NCBI RefSeq assembly: GCF_009914755.1
Contig: NC_060934.1
Direction: 5' to 3' (one strand)
DNA: 64,000 nt
Source of the DNA: the human T2T-CHM13v2.0 reference genome, Homo sapiens
Part shown: in pieces, positions 13,945-29,486 of the stretch
How the letters are laid out: each line of letters opens with the position of its first letter
How positions within the stretch are numbered: the stretch's first letter is position 1
Notes under the pieces: generated by a model
Seen by the model: the letters and a program-made list of their open reading frames with translations, nothing else
Database searches by the model: none
What the model was told of the DNA's origin: nothing
Position numbers and translations under genes: made by a program

Positions 13945-16900
13945 TGAACTTTTGATATTAAATGTAAAGGTAAATTTTACTTCATGTAAGATTTAAAAAT
14001 ATTCTTGAGGTGGTCATTTGGATTCCATTACTAGTTATTTTATTTTATACTTTTATACCTATGCCTCAGAGTTTGTTAATTGTGTAAAAACAAAGCTAGC
14101 AGTAATATAGATATATATATACTAGAGTATGTATTATATATATTACATATTTTATCTATAAGATAGACTATGTGTTACTCTAAAGAATTATATATTAGAT
14201 GCACCCTCCAATTAATGTAGTTCTGAATTTCTTATACTGAAAGGATTATAGTATCAGAACTTCAAAAGGTTATTCATGAACAGTAATCAGTAATAATAAA
14301 AATAAATTTATTCATAAATAAGGAACTTATAGTGTCATTATATACTCTAGTTTGAAAAAGAAATCAAAGAGGCAGCTGCTTTTGCTTTAGATTTAAAAAA
14401 TTTATATTAAAGTATGATAACTTCTTTAAACTTTTACCCTAGTGAATTGTGTAGACATTGATAATGAATGAAACTTAATGTTATCTTTATTATCTATATT
14501 AATTGACTAAAAGAAGTCCAGGAGTACTCTTATTAGTATTTTTATTTTTTATTGGCTCTCAGTGATACTGAGATGGTCATCTACATGTCTAAAATTGGAT
14601 TGATGAGTAAACAAAGTTAGAATATGTCGAAAATGTAATTTTGGACTAAATGGTTGGTGTTGTCTTCATATATTTAAAGAGTATATAAGTACCAGCTTAG
14701 TTGAAAAGCTTTACATTTGAGGTAACTTTCTTTTATGATGCCAATTTAATTATGATTCAAACACCCTACTTTTTGGTTGTTATTAACTTTTATGAAGCAC
14801 TTAATACTCATAAAATAAATGAGTGAACTTCTAGTACTACCCGCACTTAACACTTAAGTATTTTGTGTAGGTTATTTTTGAGAATTCTACTTATGGAATT
14901 GTATGTTGTAAACATAATTTGTTTCATAGCTCACCGAAGGGGATAGTATAGTAGGAGCAGTGCATCCAACTAAAGGGATACTTCATATGTAGAGAATTTT
15001 GAAATATTAATACAGTGAACTAAAATTCAGTCTCCATTTTATTACCATGCATTAGCAATTCTAAATAATTTCAGGGCTAAATCTTCACCAGTACTTTTCA
15101 CTTTTACCTCCCTGCCTTATTTGCTCTACTTTTGATTATTTTTGCTAAATCGTATTTTAGTATGATGTTATTTATTACATGAGTTGTTCTATAGTGCAAG
15201 TAAACAAACTACAGCTACATCTAGCAGCATGGACAAATATAGCAAGGGATATTTTGAGTGATAAAAGAAAGTTACAGAATATGTACAATATAATTTCTTT
15301 GTATGTAGAAATCTACAATATGATTTCTTTTATAGCAAGTACAATAGCATTTAATACAAGCATTGGGAGATCCATTCAGACATAATAAAGTTAAAAAGTA
15401 AGAAGAATGATAAATGTACATTTTTATACTAGTGGTTCCTTATGGGAAGAGGAGCAATTAGGTAAGAAAAAGAAATAAAAGGCATCCATATGGGAAAAGA
15501 AAAGTGAAATTGTCTCTATTTGCTGATGACATGATTTTATATGTAGAAAATCCTTATGACTCTACCAAAAGACTATTAGAGCTGATAAATTTTGTAAAGT
15601 TGAAGATTACAAAATCAACATACAAAAATTAATAGTGTTTCTATATACTAACAGTGAACTATCCAAAAAGGAAATTATGGAAACAATTTCATTGACAGCA
15701 GCATTTAAAAAAGTAAATATTTAAGAGTAAATTTAACCAAGGAGGTGGAAAGATCTGTACACAGAAAACTATAAAACATTGATGAAATAATTTGAAGAAG
15801 ACAAATAAATGGAGAGATATTCCATGTTCATGGATGGGAAGAATTAATATTGTTAAAATGTTCATACTACCCAAACCATTATACAGATTCAGTGTAATTT
15901 CTATCAAAACTGTGTTGTGATTTTTCTTAGAAATAGAAAAAAACTATCTTAAAATGTGTATGGAACTAGAAAAGATCCTGAATAGCCAAAACAGTCTTGA
16001 GCAGAAAGAACAAAGCTGGAAGCATCACACTTCCTGATTTCAAGCTATGAAGCTATTGTAATCAAAATGGCATGGTACTGTTATAAAAACACACGTATCA
16101 ACCAATATAACAGGATAGAAAACCCAGAAATAAACCCAAGTATTTACAGTCAAATGATTTTCAACAAAAGTGCCAAGAACACACAATGAGGAAAGGACAA
16201 TTCGTTCCATAAATGGTGTTGGGAAAACTGGATATCCACATGCAGATGAATGAAATTGGACTATATCATATACAAAAACCAACTCAAAATAGATTAAAGA
16301 CTCACAAGGCCTGAAATGGTAAAGCTACAAGAAGAAAACAGGAAAAGCTCCACAGCATTGATCTGGGCAATGAATGATTTCTTGGATAGGACTCCAAAAA
16401 CACAGGCAACGAAAGCAAAAATAGACCAGTGGGATTGCATCAAACTAAAAAGCTCTATACAGCAAAGAAAACAGTTAACAGAATGAAGAGACAACCTATG
16501 GGTTGGGAGAAAATATCTGCAAACCATATAACCAATAAGGGGCTAATATCCAAAATATGTAAGGAACTCAACTCAATATCAAGAAAACAACCTAACTAAA
16601 ATATAGGGAAAGGGTATCACAAACATTTCTCAAAAGAGATATGAATGGTAAGCAGATATATGAGAAAATATTCATCATCTCTAATCATCAAGGAAATGAG
16701 AATTAAAGCAATGATGTGATATTACCTCACACCTGTTAGAATGACTTTATCAAAAAGACAAATGATAAATGTTGATGAGGATGCGGAAAAAAGAGAACCT
16801 TTGTACACTGTTGGGATTGTAAATTAATACAGACATTTTGGAAAATAGTATGGAGGTGGCTGAAAAAACTAAAAATAGAATATTTATATGATCCATCAGT

Positions 16901-17046
16901 CTGACTTAACAAAGGCATTTAAATTGCTGTGTCATAGAGATATTTGCACTCCCATATTTATTTCAGCAGTATTCACAATTGCTAAGATATGGAGGCAACC
17001 CAAGTGTCCATCAGTGGATGAATGGTTAAAGAAAATGTATATCTAA

Positions 17047-17341
<295 letters not shown>

Positions 17342-17478
17342 AAAGAAAATGTATATCTATACACTGGAATACTATACAGCTTTAAATACTGTCATTCATG
17401 ACAACATGGATGGAAGCAGAGGACATTATGCTAAGTGAAATAAGCCAAACACAGACAGACAGATACTGTATGATCTTA

Positions 17479-17703
<225 letters not shown>

Positions 17704-18368
17704 CTAGAGGCTAGGAATAAGGGAAGGTATGGGGAAAGGGAAGAGGTTGATCAAAGGGTACAAAGTTTCAATTGGAGGAATAAGTTTTAGAGATAATTGT
17801 GCACTGCATGGTGACTGACTTGTAGTTATTAATGTGTATTTCACAGCTGCTAAAAGAATAAATATTTAACATTTGCACCACACAGAAAAAAATGTTGGTA
17901 TATTCATAGATATATTATTTAGCTTGATTGAATCTTTCTACAGTATACACATAGATCAAAACATGACATTGTACCCCACGAATGTACACAATTATTATTG
18001 GTCAATTAAAAATTTGAAAAAGATGTAGGAAAGGGACTAGAAATATCTCATTATTTTAAATCTACATGTAGTATGTAAATGCATGTGTTTATGTATTTTA
18101 AATGGTATCTGAATATTTAACCTGACTATGCCGTATAGTTATAAAAATAATTAATATAAAGTGACTTTTACAAAATTACATTTTATCTGTGTTCATTTTT
18201 TAATTGTCATTCTTAATGTGGTCAGAACATCATGCACCAAAAATAATTACTACAGTAAGTTCATTTTTTCAGCAGATACATTGTAATGTTTCTAAAATGT
18301 GTATCAGGTCTGTGTTGACTCCATTTGTACCAGACAACAACCTGAAAGACGTTTAGCATAAAGGTTGA

Positions 18369-18685
<317 letters not shown>

Positions 18686-19129
18686 AAAACCCCTATCAGT
18701 ATCTAAGTACTTTAAGACTTTACCTGATTTTGAGTCATTTATAGAAAGGATAACGTGCCAGAATCCCATTAACCTTTCTTGGCCCTTTAATCAACATTTT
18801 CCCTAGATAGAAGTTTAGCCATTCTTCTACAACCTTTAATGGTTGAAATCCAACTATTTAGTATGCTAGTCTGATAATCTACAGTGTTCGTATTTATGTG
18901 CTTCAATAAATGCTTCTCTGACTCGCATTATTAATATGATATAAAATACCATGAAAATATTTTTGCTTTAAAAAAATCAGATGACACGGAGTTTTGAAGG
19001 AATAAATTTGATGCAGTATGACTAGTACATTTTTATTTTGTTAAAATAAGTTATATCTTTATGTCTAAAATTTGAGAGAAGATTCTTATACTGCCTTATC
19101 ACATTGACTTGGTGTTGATTTTTTTTAGG

Positions 19130-21720
19130 TTAATTAGGTATAATTTATATACAGTAAAATTTACCCTTATTAGGTATATAATTCTATGAAATTTGACAAA
19201 GAAGTGCAGTCTTGTAACTTTTACCACAGTCAAGATACAGAATATTTTCATCCCAAAAAGTTATTTCATAGCCTGTTGTTGAGTCTCCCCCCGCCATCAC
19301 CACACTCACTGCAGCAACTGGCAGCAGTGATCTCTTTCCTGTTCTCTGTCATCTTTCATGTCTGGCTTCTTCCATTTAGCATAATGTTTTTGAGATTCAT
19401 CCCTGTGGTTCCATGTATCAGTAATTTGTTCTCTTTTATCACTGAGTAGTAGTTCGTTGTATGGCTCTACCACAGTTTGTTTATTCATTCACCAGTTAAT
19501 AGACATTTGAAGGTATTTCTAGTTTTCAGTGGCTATAGAAAACCTCCATAAACGTTTGTGCACAGTTTTTGTTTTGTGGTAATATGCATTCACTTCTCTT
19601 GGGCAAATGCCTAAGAATGAGATTACTGGGTCATATGGTAAGTGAATGTGTACAAGAAACTGCCAGACTGTTTTCCACAGTGGCTGTTTTCTTAAAGTCC
19701 CAAATGTCTGTTGGGAGTCATTGCTTCTGCCTGAAGAACTTCTTATGACACAGGTCTGCTGGCAGTGATTTTTCTTGCCTTTATTCTGGTCTGAAAAAGT
19801 ATCTAGCTTTCATTTTTGAAAGTTATTTTTATTGCGTATGTGAATCTGGATTAACATTTTTTTCTTTTACTATTTTAAAGATATTACTCCATTGTCTTTT
19901 GACTTACATAGTTTTCCACAAGACACCTGTTTTAATATTATCTCTTGTTCTTTATATGTAAAGTGTATTTTTTTCTCTGGTTGCTTTCAAGATTTTATCT
20001 TTGGTTTTCAGCAGTTTGATATATCTAAGAATTATCCTGCTTGGAGTTCTTGAATCTGTGGTTTGATGTTCATTATTTTCAAGAAATTCTCACTCATTAT
20101 CTCTTCAGATATTTTTTTCTGCCCCTTTCTGTCTTTCTCTTTCTGGGACTTCAGTTACTCATGTTAGATTTCTTCTTAATATTATATTCAATAACTCTTG
20201 CATATTGTGTTCTTTTTATTCATTCTTCTTATTTTTTCTTTTTGTACTAGTAATTTCTACCAATTTATCTTCAGTCATTAATTCTTTCTTCAGCTGTGTC
20301 TAGTCAACTGATGAGCCTGTTGTATTAGTCCATTCTCATACTGCTATAAAGATACTACCTGAGACTAGGTAGTTTATAAAGAAAGGAGGTTTAATTAACT
20401 CACAGTTCCACATGGCTGGGGAGGCCTCAGGAAACTTGAAATCACAGCAGAAGATGAGGAGGAAACAAGGCACATCTTACTTAGCAGGCAGCCAAGAGAG
20501 AGTACCAAGGGGGAAGTGCCAGACAGTTACTAAGCAACCAGATCTCGTAAGAACTCATTCACTATCATGAGAACAGCAAGAGGGAAACTACCCCCATGAT
20601 CCAATCACTTTCCACCAGGTCCCTCCCTCGACTTGTGGGGATTACAATTCAGATTACAATTCGAGATGAGATTTGGGTGGGAACACGGCCAAACCATATC
20701 ATTTGTAGAAGGAATTTTTCATCTCTAATATTATGCCTTTTTAATATAGCATTTGTATTTCTTACAGATTCATCTCTGCTGAAATTCCTTATCTATTTAG
20801 GTGTGTTGACCACCTTTTTCTCTAGGTTCTTTAACATACTATGCATAGTTATTTCAAAGTCTGTATTAGATAGTTCCAAATCTGGGGACTGTCCTCGAGT
20901 CTGTTTCTGATCATTCCTTTGTTACTCGGAAGCGGGTAATGTTTTTGCTTTTATGTGTGTCTTCTCATTATTTATTATATGTCAGTCATCTTGTATAAAA
21001 CAATAGAGGCTGAGATAAATAGTACTTATGTTATAATTATGAAAGATTGAGTCAATTTGGTCAGGAGCTGAGCTGGGCCTTGGTTTTATTATTGCTATGT
21101 CAATGCACCACATGTTTTAAATTCCTCTAGCTGGGCAGTTGTTGCCTTCTGATTTTGCCTCAGTACATGGGCCTAGATTAGCTGGAGGGTTTTCTTAGTG
21201 TTAGTGCTCTACCCTCAGCTTTCAGTCGTCCCTGTACAATGAAGCCACATGGTGGTTCCCTCTCTCCACTCTTGCAGCCGTCCCAGGGATAGACTGCTAC
21301 TCGTTGTTATTCTGCCCCAGGCTTGTGTTGTGTATGGGGATGTTCTCTGTTGTTCAGCCTCAGCCTTGGGAAGGCCCTGAGTGCCTAGGCCTTGAGGAAA
21401 GGATGTGGGGAGCTTTTTCATTGTTGCTGTTCCTCTCTCTGGCAGCCAGAATCTGTCTTGTGTCTGTGATTGGTTTGGGGAGCCTCCTGTTTCTCCCCTA
21501 GCAGAATGAGAACTCTGCTTGGTGTCAGTAGAGCATTTTTTCATCTACCTTTTCCACAGCTGTAAATGGTATTTTCCTGTGCTCTGTGGAAAGTGACAGG
21601 CTTTGCTGCCCTTCCCTAGTGGCTTAAGACTTTGATTCATAAGAGGTTTAGAGACTTTGTAGAAACAAATCTGTGTAGAAGCACTGATGGAGAATTTCAC
21701 GGATGCTCTTAGGAGGGTTC
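19130..21720 (-). mobile_element. Old L1M fragments (3' UTR piece ~19130-19700; ORF1/5' region ~19720-21720) split by a MaLR LTR
   Basis: Antisense L1 motifs (ttttgagattcatccctgtgg; tcttcagctgtgtctagtcaactgatgagcc). Confidence 0.6.
20321..20701 (-). mobile_element. THE1D/MSTA-type MaLR solo LTR
   Basis: tgtattagtccattctcatactgctataaag ... gagatttgggtgggaacacggccaaaccatatca; TG...CA ends; decayed 5-bp TSD cctgt/tttgt. Confidence 0.9.
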
Positions 21721-22282
21721 TAGTCATAGGTACTTAAAATGACAGAATTTTTTTAAAGCTGGATTTCAGGTAATTTTCATGTTGATATTTCTTTTGTTGA
21801 TTTTATTTGTTTTCTAAAAATATGTCTAATCTCTACTGATAATTATGAGTGAGTTTTGCCTTTAAAAATATTTTCAGAACCTTTTCAGCCTCTGTCATTG
21901 TCGTTTTAAAAAATTTTTAATTTGTGATTGTTGAAAGTCAGTAATATTAAGTGCACTCTTTTTTGTAATTTTACCTTCTATTTGAGATTGGGAGGTATGT
22001 ATGAGGTTTGTTGTGTAGGTGTAAGTATACTCTTAATTTAAAATGGAAATGTTCATGATTACCACATTCTTTTTAGAGGGAACAAATCTAATACCCATAC
22101 TCAGTGATGGAACTGTGTGCTTTGGAGGCCACACTCCAGGATGAACAGTTGTAAATTGTTAATATGACTCTTGTTACTTTGATAGACATTATAAATGCCA
22201 GCCCTCTTTTTTTTTTTTTAACTTTCATTTTGTTTACAAAAACAAACTCTTCAGTGCTCAGGGTAAAAATTTCTGGAGAAGT

Positions 22283-22540
22283 GGTCTAGCACGGTGGCTG
22301 TGAGCAAGGACTCTGGAGCCAGACCAGCTAGGTTTGCAGCTCCACATCTTAGTAGTTGTGTGACTTTGGACAAGTTTCATAGCCTCTTTATACCTCAACT
22401 TCCCCATCTAAATTGATGATACAAATAGTGCCTACCTGAAAGGCTTACCATGAGGATAAGAATTAATATATGTAAAGCACTTAGAACAGTGTCTGGTGCA
22501 TAGAAAGCATAATATAATATACATGTTTGCTATTATCACT
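22283..22540 (+). mobile_element. MIR, near full length
   Basis: ggactctggagccagac...tagttgtgtgactttggacaagtt...tgtaaagcacttagaacagtgtctgg. Confidence 0.85.
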
Positions 22541-24814
22541 GTTTTCTATAAGATAAGAATTTTGTCATAAAGTGTCATGAACAGATGCTGATGATCTGAA
22601 CCAAACCAAAAATGGGAAGGCAAGGGACTAGAAAATAACTTTAAAGACATTATCCAACCATAGACCATTCCCAGGGGTACAGGGAGAGAAAGGCAGAGGG
22701 GTAAACCTCACTATGCATCCCGGAGTAGGAGGCTGTGGGTACATTTAATCAGATCCCTGTTTCTGATCACAGACAGAAATGCACTTGAGTACTTGTTACC
22801 AGAGCTAAGTCTGCATGGGTCAGAGGCAGAAGGAGGGTGAAAAACGGGCAAGCAGAGAACTGAACCAAATAGTTCCTTCATTCTCATCAGAACACTCATA
22901 ATCTAGAGTCAGATTCACTAATGAAGTCGTTTTCCAAGTTTAGCTGGGTGAATTTCAGCAAATTATTTAGCCTCTTTGAAGCTGGCTTTTTATAAAATGA
23001 AGATGATGATAATAAGACTTGTTAAGGTTGTTAAATTGAAGGAAATAATCCACGTAAAATTATTAGCTCGGTGCCATCAACACAGAAAGTGACCTGGGTG
23101 ATGATTATCATTATCCTCATAAGTTGGTATGTAGAATTCCAAACACCTGAACCCTGACCTGACACTGCTGCTGCTTCTCTACTTTTTCTCTTTCCTCGGG
23201 CATCTGAAGGAAATAAGTACACAGAGACCAAAACTAAACCAATGCCCATACTTTATCTATCACTGGGAAGCTTTTGCCTTATTATAGTAAGCCCCAGCTG
23301 AGCTAGACCGACCTGTTTGGAGAACTAGATAACAAAGTTAAATTTGATCTTTCACTCAGCTATGCACCAACATAGCTCTCCTTTGCCAAGACAGAGGCTC
23401 TAAAAGCAAGCTAAGAAAAGCAAATGTTTTTGTTCCTAAAGCTTAGAGCTAAATTTGCCTAACTCACCCTTATGAGATTTTCTTAGAGTGGGACATTGAT
23501 GTGAAAGAGAAAGAAAAATGCAGTTTTCAAGGTGGGAACAGGATGACAAACCAGTTCAGAAGGAATTCTTGCAGTAATCCCTGATAGTGGCTTAGGTCAA
23601 GGTGGAGGTGGTGAGAAGTGGTCAGATTTTGAATATATTTTGAATAAGGAGCCTACATAATTTGCTGATGGATCATGTGTGACATGTGAGAAAAAGGAGG
23701 AATTAAAGATGACTCCAAGGCTTATGACCTGAGAAGCTAAAAGGATGGAGTCCTTTTATTTTCATTTACTTGGTCAACCTTCCAGTCTTGTTACCCATAA
23801 GGTCCTAACATTGGCTGGAGCTGACTTTTCAATCAAGATAAGTTGTATAAAAATATCTGTCTATATTTCTCTCAATAATGATTCTTAGTGTAGAAGGCTT
23901 ATAAATCTTTTTTACCCTTAGGTGTTTGATGTTTTTGAATGTCGTTATAAATTTTCTTGTATATTTGCTGCTGTAAACCGATAAAAGAATTTATCCTTGC
24001 TTATTGACCCTGTACCCAACAACATTGCTAAATTCCTGTATAAAATTGTGAAGATTTTGTGTGCATAGTTATGTCATCTGCTAATAACTACAGTTTTATT
24101 TCTAATCTTTTTGTGCTTTGCTTCTTTTTCCTTCTTTGTTGCACAAACTAGGACCTCCATAAGGTGTTAAATAGAAGTGTTGATAGTAGGTATCTTTGTC
24201 TCATTTTTATTCTCGGGGATGTTTGTAGGATTTTGTTCTTAAGTAGGATGTTTGCTGTGACTTTCTTAAAAATGTTCTTTATAAGATTAAATAAATTGCC
24301 TTCTGATCCTAGTTTGCTGAGTTTTTATCATGAATGGAAGCTTGTTGGAGATGTTGAAAGGCTTTATTGTTATGTGTGGCTTTGGAGTTCTCAGCCCTAT
24401 CAGATCCCAGATCCCCTTCCTATAATACATTTTATGAAAAGCCTCCTTTACCATACCTAAAGTGAAATTCATAGGTAGTATAATCCACCTGTGCTATATA
24501 TTGATATATACATAATATAAATATAGAGAAGAAATAAGCATAATTTATAATAAAATAGTGTAGTCATTATGTAAGTGATCTGGCATGACTATATTATCAT
24601 ATGATATATTACCCATCAAATATCCACAGCATTTTTTAGGGTGGGCTGCCACTCCCATTCAGCATCATTGTTTGAGAGGATAATAGTACAGGTTCACATC
24701 TATAGCAGACTTCTGGGATTAGAGATGAATCATTAGTACTATTAGGAAATACCAACCATCATTAGGATAGCTTTAGGGCTTTTTTTCTTTTTTTGTGGTT
24801 TCTAGGGGAAAGTT

Positions 24815-25350
24815 TACTCATTCAACAAATACCTACTGAGCATTTGGCATGTGCCAGGCACTATTCTATGTGCTGCTAATAAAACTGTGAATAAAACAAA
24901 GCTGCTGGCCTCTTAGACCTTATGCTCAGTAGAGGAGAAAGGCAGTAAATTAATAAATATGTAACATGTAAGATAGTGATAAATTCTACAGTGAAAAATA
25001 GGCAAGGTAAGGAGCTAAGAATGATGGGTGTGTGGTATTAGATAAGGGGAGTAGGGAAGAAGCTTGAGCAGAGATCTGAATGTTCATATCTGGATGTAAG
25101 CTTTCTAGGATGAGAAAGGAGGGAGCACACTAAGGTATAGAAGTTGAAAGACAGCAAATTATTTAGCACCTAACATGATGCCTGGCACCATGTTAGGTGC
25201 TTTGCTTACACTGTTTTATTCCTTCCAGTAATCTTATGTAGAGAGTGATGATGTGCTCATTTTACAGATGAGGAAATGGAGGCACACACATTAGAAAGTG
25301 ATGTAGCTACTACAATTCAAATCCAGACCCACCTGGTTCCAAAGCTAAGG
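24815..25350 (-). mobile_element. L2 3' end followed by MIR
   Basis: actcattcaacaaatacctactgagca...tgtgccaggcactattcta (L2); cattttacagatgaggaaatggaggcaca (MIR). Confidence 0.75.
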
Positions 25351-25514
25351 AATTGGTGAAGGAATGCTTTCAGGAGCCCTCTTCTTTTAGTGGTCTATCA
25401 CATTACCATAGGAGTAATTACATTTCATTGAGAAAAATGGGAGAACTGGGTAGAGGACTTGAAAACATAATCATTTACATTTTTTCATGTAGCATTTTAA
25501 AAATATTTGAACCT

Positions 25515-26252
25515 CCACAATGAGATACCATCTCACACCAGTTAGAATGGCGATCATTAAAAAGTCAGGAAACAGCAGGTGCTGGAGAGGATGTGGAGAA
25601 ATAGGAACACTTTTACACTGTTGGTGGGACTGTAAACTAGTTCAACCATTGTGGAAGTCAGTGTGGCGATTCCTCAGGGATCTAGAACTAGAAATACCAT
25701 TTGACCCAGCAATCCTATTACTGGGTATATACCCAAAGGACTATAAATCATGCTACTATAAAGACACATGCACGTGTATGTTTATTGCGGCATTATTCAC
25801 AATAGCAAAGACTTGGAACCAACTCAAATGTCCAACAATGATAGACTGGATTAAGAAAATGTGGCACATATACACCATGGAATACTATGCAGCCATAAAA
25901 AAGGATGAGTTCATGTCCTTTGTAGGGACATGGATGAAATTGGAAATCATCATTCTCAGTAAACTATGGCAAGAACAAAAAACCAAACACCGCATATTCT
26001 CACTCATAGGTGGGAATTGAACAATGAGAACACATGGACACAGGAAGGGGAACATAACACTCTGGGGACTGTTGTGGGGTGGGGGGAGGGGGGAGGGATA
26101 GCATTGGGAGATATACCAAATGCTAGATGATGAGTTAGTGGGTGCAGCGCACCAGCATGGCACATGTATACAAATGTAACTAACCTGCACGTTGTGCACA
26201 TGTACCCTAAAACTTAAAGTGTAATAATAATAAATAAATAAATAAAAGAAAA
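25515..26252 (+). mobile_element. Young 5'-truncated L1PA2/3-like element (ORF2 C-terminus, 3' UTR, A-tail)
   Basis: Open 166-codon ORF2p C-terminus ([18 protein letters not shown] ... HRIFSLIGGN*), G-rich 3' UTR tract, cattgggagatatacc and GAG diagnostics, TT|AAAA target and TSD. Confidence 0.96.
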
Positions 26253-26267
26253 AAAAGTATTTGAACT

Positions 26268-26668
<401 letters not shown>

Positions 26669-27668
26669 TTATTTCTCTTACCTACTGAAGTTTTTGTTTT
26701 GCTTGGTCATTTCCATAGTTGATAATATCATTGACTATGCAGGAACATAAAAGTCATTTTCATTGTTTAATACTAAAAGTTTATTATCTTAGATTTATGG
26801 TAGATTTAACAGAAATAAGCAATTCTAAACTGAGTGCTTTCTTAGGTACCAAATATGATCTGTTGGTAATACATGCATTATTAATACTCACTGTAAAATT
26901 AATGAACTTCTTAAGTGGAAGAGGTTGTATTATACTTTTTACCCTCTATCGTGTCTATTGAAGGGCTGTTCAGTTTGTAAATGTATTTATGTTTTCCTAG
27001 TACAAATATGTAAAATTAAGGTCCAGATTCACTAAATGATCATGGCTAACATTTGAGTGATATTGCCTCCAAGCATTACTCTAAGTGCATCGTGTGCTTT
27101 GAGCCTTTTATTTGGATGCCAGTATATGTAACATAACAGAATATTTTATGAGCTTAGGTTTCCTGTTCATTTTCGTAGTCCCGGGTTGTGGCTCTAGAAT
27201 AACTGAAACATTGTGGTATGCTAAAAATTAATTGTGGAAAGCTTTTGATGTAGTTTTAAGGTGATTAAGCAGAGACAGTCCCCAGAATATATGTGTGCCA
27301 GTGTCACTTTTAATAGTTTATGTCATGTAAAATAAGAAATCAGATGTTTAAAACATTGTTAATGCTCGTTGTAAAATTAACAAACTGCTGAGGCAGAGTT
27401 CAGATGCAGAGATGCAGAGGACTTACTGCTGGTAAGAATACTTTGGATTCCTGTGAAATTGTTGTGGGTAAAATTACAAGTCTAACAAAGTAAACCTTTC
27501 ACAAGAAAACAAAATTTTCAAAGATAACTTGAAACATTGCAGATATTTTTATTTATCAGATGATTCACAAACATATTGTTATCCTCCATAAATTTAACAT
27601 TTTAAAACCATTGGAGTGTTTGTATTAACCAGATATGTATATAATAATAATGATTTATTTTTATAAAG

Positions 27669-27768
27669 GTTCAGAGGTCCAAAGAGGTGACATTTTATGG
27701 ATAGCCATGGCAGGGACTCATCAGATATGGGCACTCCTGCTGGACTCTGGCAAACTGCCAAAGAAAAA
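27669..27768 (+). CDS. NHLRC2: NHLRC2 exon 6 (100 nt, phase 1-2)
   Basis: ttttataaag|GT ... AAGAAAAA|gtaagt; (G)[32 protein letters not shown]. Confidence 0.95.
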
Positions 27769-27849
27769 GTAAGTGACAGCCTCTCTCTTTGAGTAGACTG
27801 TACTACTTGGTGTTCATATAATTTCTTTTTTCAAAATCACCATCCTCAC

Positions 27850-28210
27850 TGTACCAGTCAGGATGTGCTAGGTTGTACTGCCATAGCACACAACGCAGAT
27901 TCTCAGTGACTTAAAACAAGGCGTGTTTATTGCTCACTCACATGGGTTCACTGGGGAGCACTCCTCTGTTGCCCAGGCTGATGAAACAGCCTGGAGCTTT
28001 CGGGAGCTTCGCCAGTCATCCTGGCACAGTGAGAGAGAAAGAGGTAGTAAGTCACTCACTGACTGTTAAAATTTCTACTCAGAAGTGACACACGTCACTT
28101 CTACTTACATTTTATCAGCCAGAGTAAGTCTTAGGGCCACACTTCACTTCATGGAACCTGCAAAGAATCATTCTCCTTACTGTCTAGAAAGAGAACTAAG
28201 AATATTCAGT
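27850..28210 (-). mobile_element. MLT1 (J/K-like) MaLR LTR
   Basis: ccagtcaggatgtgctaggttgtactgc...ctcagtgacttaaaacaa...agaagtgacacacgtcacttctacttacatt. Confidence 0.65.
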
Positions 28211-28274
28211 GGACCCTTATCTTTTAAGACATAGTTGAACTATCTCTAATCATTCATTCAAACAGTTGAATACC

Positions 28275-28490
28275 ACATAGCAGAGTGCTTAATAACTCAG
28301 TTTTTGTAGTCAGGCCTGAGGTTGAATCCTGGCTCTGCCATTTACTATCTGTGTGAGTTTAGGAGAGCCACTTTAACTTTCAAAGCCTCAGTTTCCTTAT
28401 TTATATTACCTCATAGGCTTGCTTTGAGAATTAATAATATATGTGGAGAGCTTGGCATAGTACCTAACATGTACAGTAAACATAGGTAGC
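28275..28490 (+). mobile_element. MIR
   Basis: ggttgaatcctggctctgccatttactatctgtgtga...gcctcagtttccttat. Confidence 0.8.
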
Positions 28491-29196
28491 TTTGCTGTCA
28501 CAAGGATATAAGGATGAAAGGGTAGTGTCTGCAAAGTTTCTCATATTTTTTTTCCTTAGACCCTTTCCTCTTCCCCCAATACCCCAGGCAGAACTGGCCA
28601 TACTCTTCTCTGTGACCTCACTGTACCTGGTGTATAGTTACATCACTGCACTAAGTTTTCCTGCCCCAACCCGCTGCCCCTTCCTCTTTCTCTCTCTTCT
28701 CTCCTTTTGATTGTTTTTATTTTTAGCCATTTCCTCCTACTAGTCTCTTAAAGGAAAGGATCCTCTCCCATTCATTTTTCTGTCCCTTGTACCTAGCACA
28801 GTATTTGGTACCTAAGAGGAGCTCAGTAACGGTTTGAGGATAAATGAATAAAAGCCGTTAACCGGAAAGGCTGTCACGTAGCCATGGAAAATGATCATTG
28901 CAAGTTACCGTTATTAATAGAAAGCTGCTTTTATATAGATCCTTCAAAATAGCAGATATTCCAAATAGTGTGTATGTTTGTGCATGTTGCTTTGGACACA
29001 CTTATGTAATGTTTTAAGACATTTAATCGTTTAGCAAATATTTATGCTAGGCAATAGGGATGAAATATGCTCACTATGTTAAGGATACAATGAAAAGATG
29101 TGGTTGTCATCAGTGAACTTACAGAGGAAGAATCAGATCAGCAAACAATTAAAAGTTAGTGTGTGCAAAAGGAATCGCTGCAAATTGAAATTGTTC

Positions 29197-29486
29197 GGCT
29201 GGGTGCGGTGGGTCACGCCTGTAATCCCAGCACTTTGGGGGGCCGAGGCAGGCAGATCACAAGGTCAGTAGTTCGAGACCAGAATGACAATATGGTGAAA
29301 CCCCGTCTCTACTAAAAATAGAAAAAGTTAGCTGGGCGTGGTGGCGCTTGCCTGTAATCCCAGCTACTCAGGAGGCTGTGGCAGGAGAATCGCTTGAACC
29401 CAGGAGGCGGAAGGTTGCAGTGAGCTGAGATTGTGCCACTGCACTCCAGCCAGGACGACAGAGTGAGACTCCGTTTAAAAAAAAAA
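29197..29486 (+). mobile_element. AluS inserted in an antisense L2 (~29030-29900)
   Basis: Full dimer; 15-bp TSD aaattgaaattgttc. Confidence 0.94.

Noticed and set aside
25520-26020. 166-aa ORF as a domesticated gene
   Set aside because: C-terminal stub of L1 ORF2p; an open frame is expected in a young copy; no promoter, EN or RT domain.
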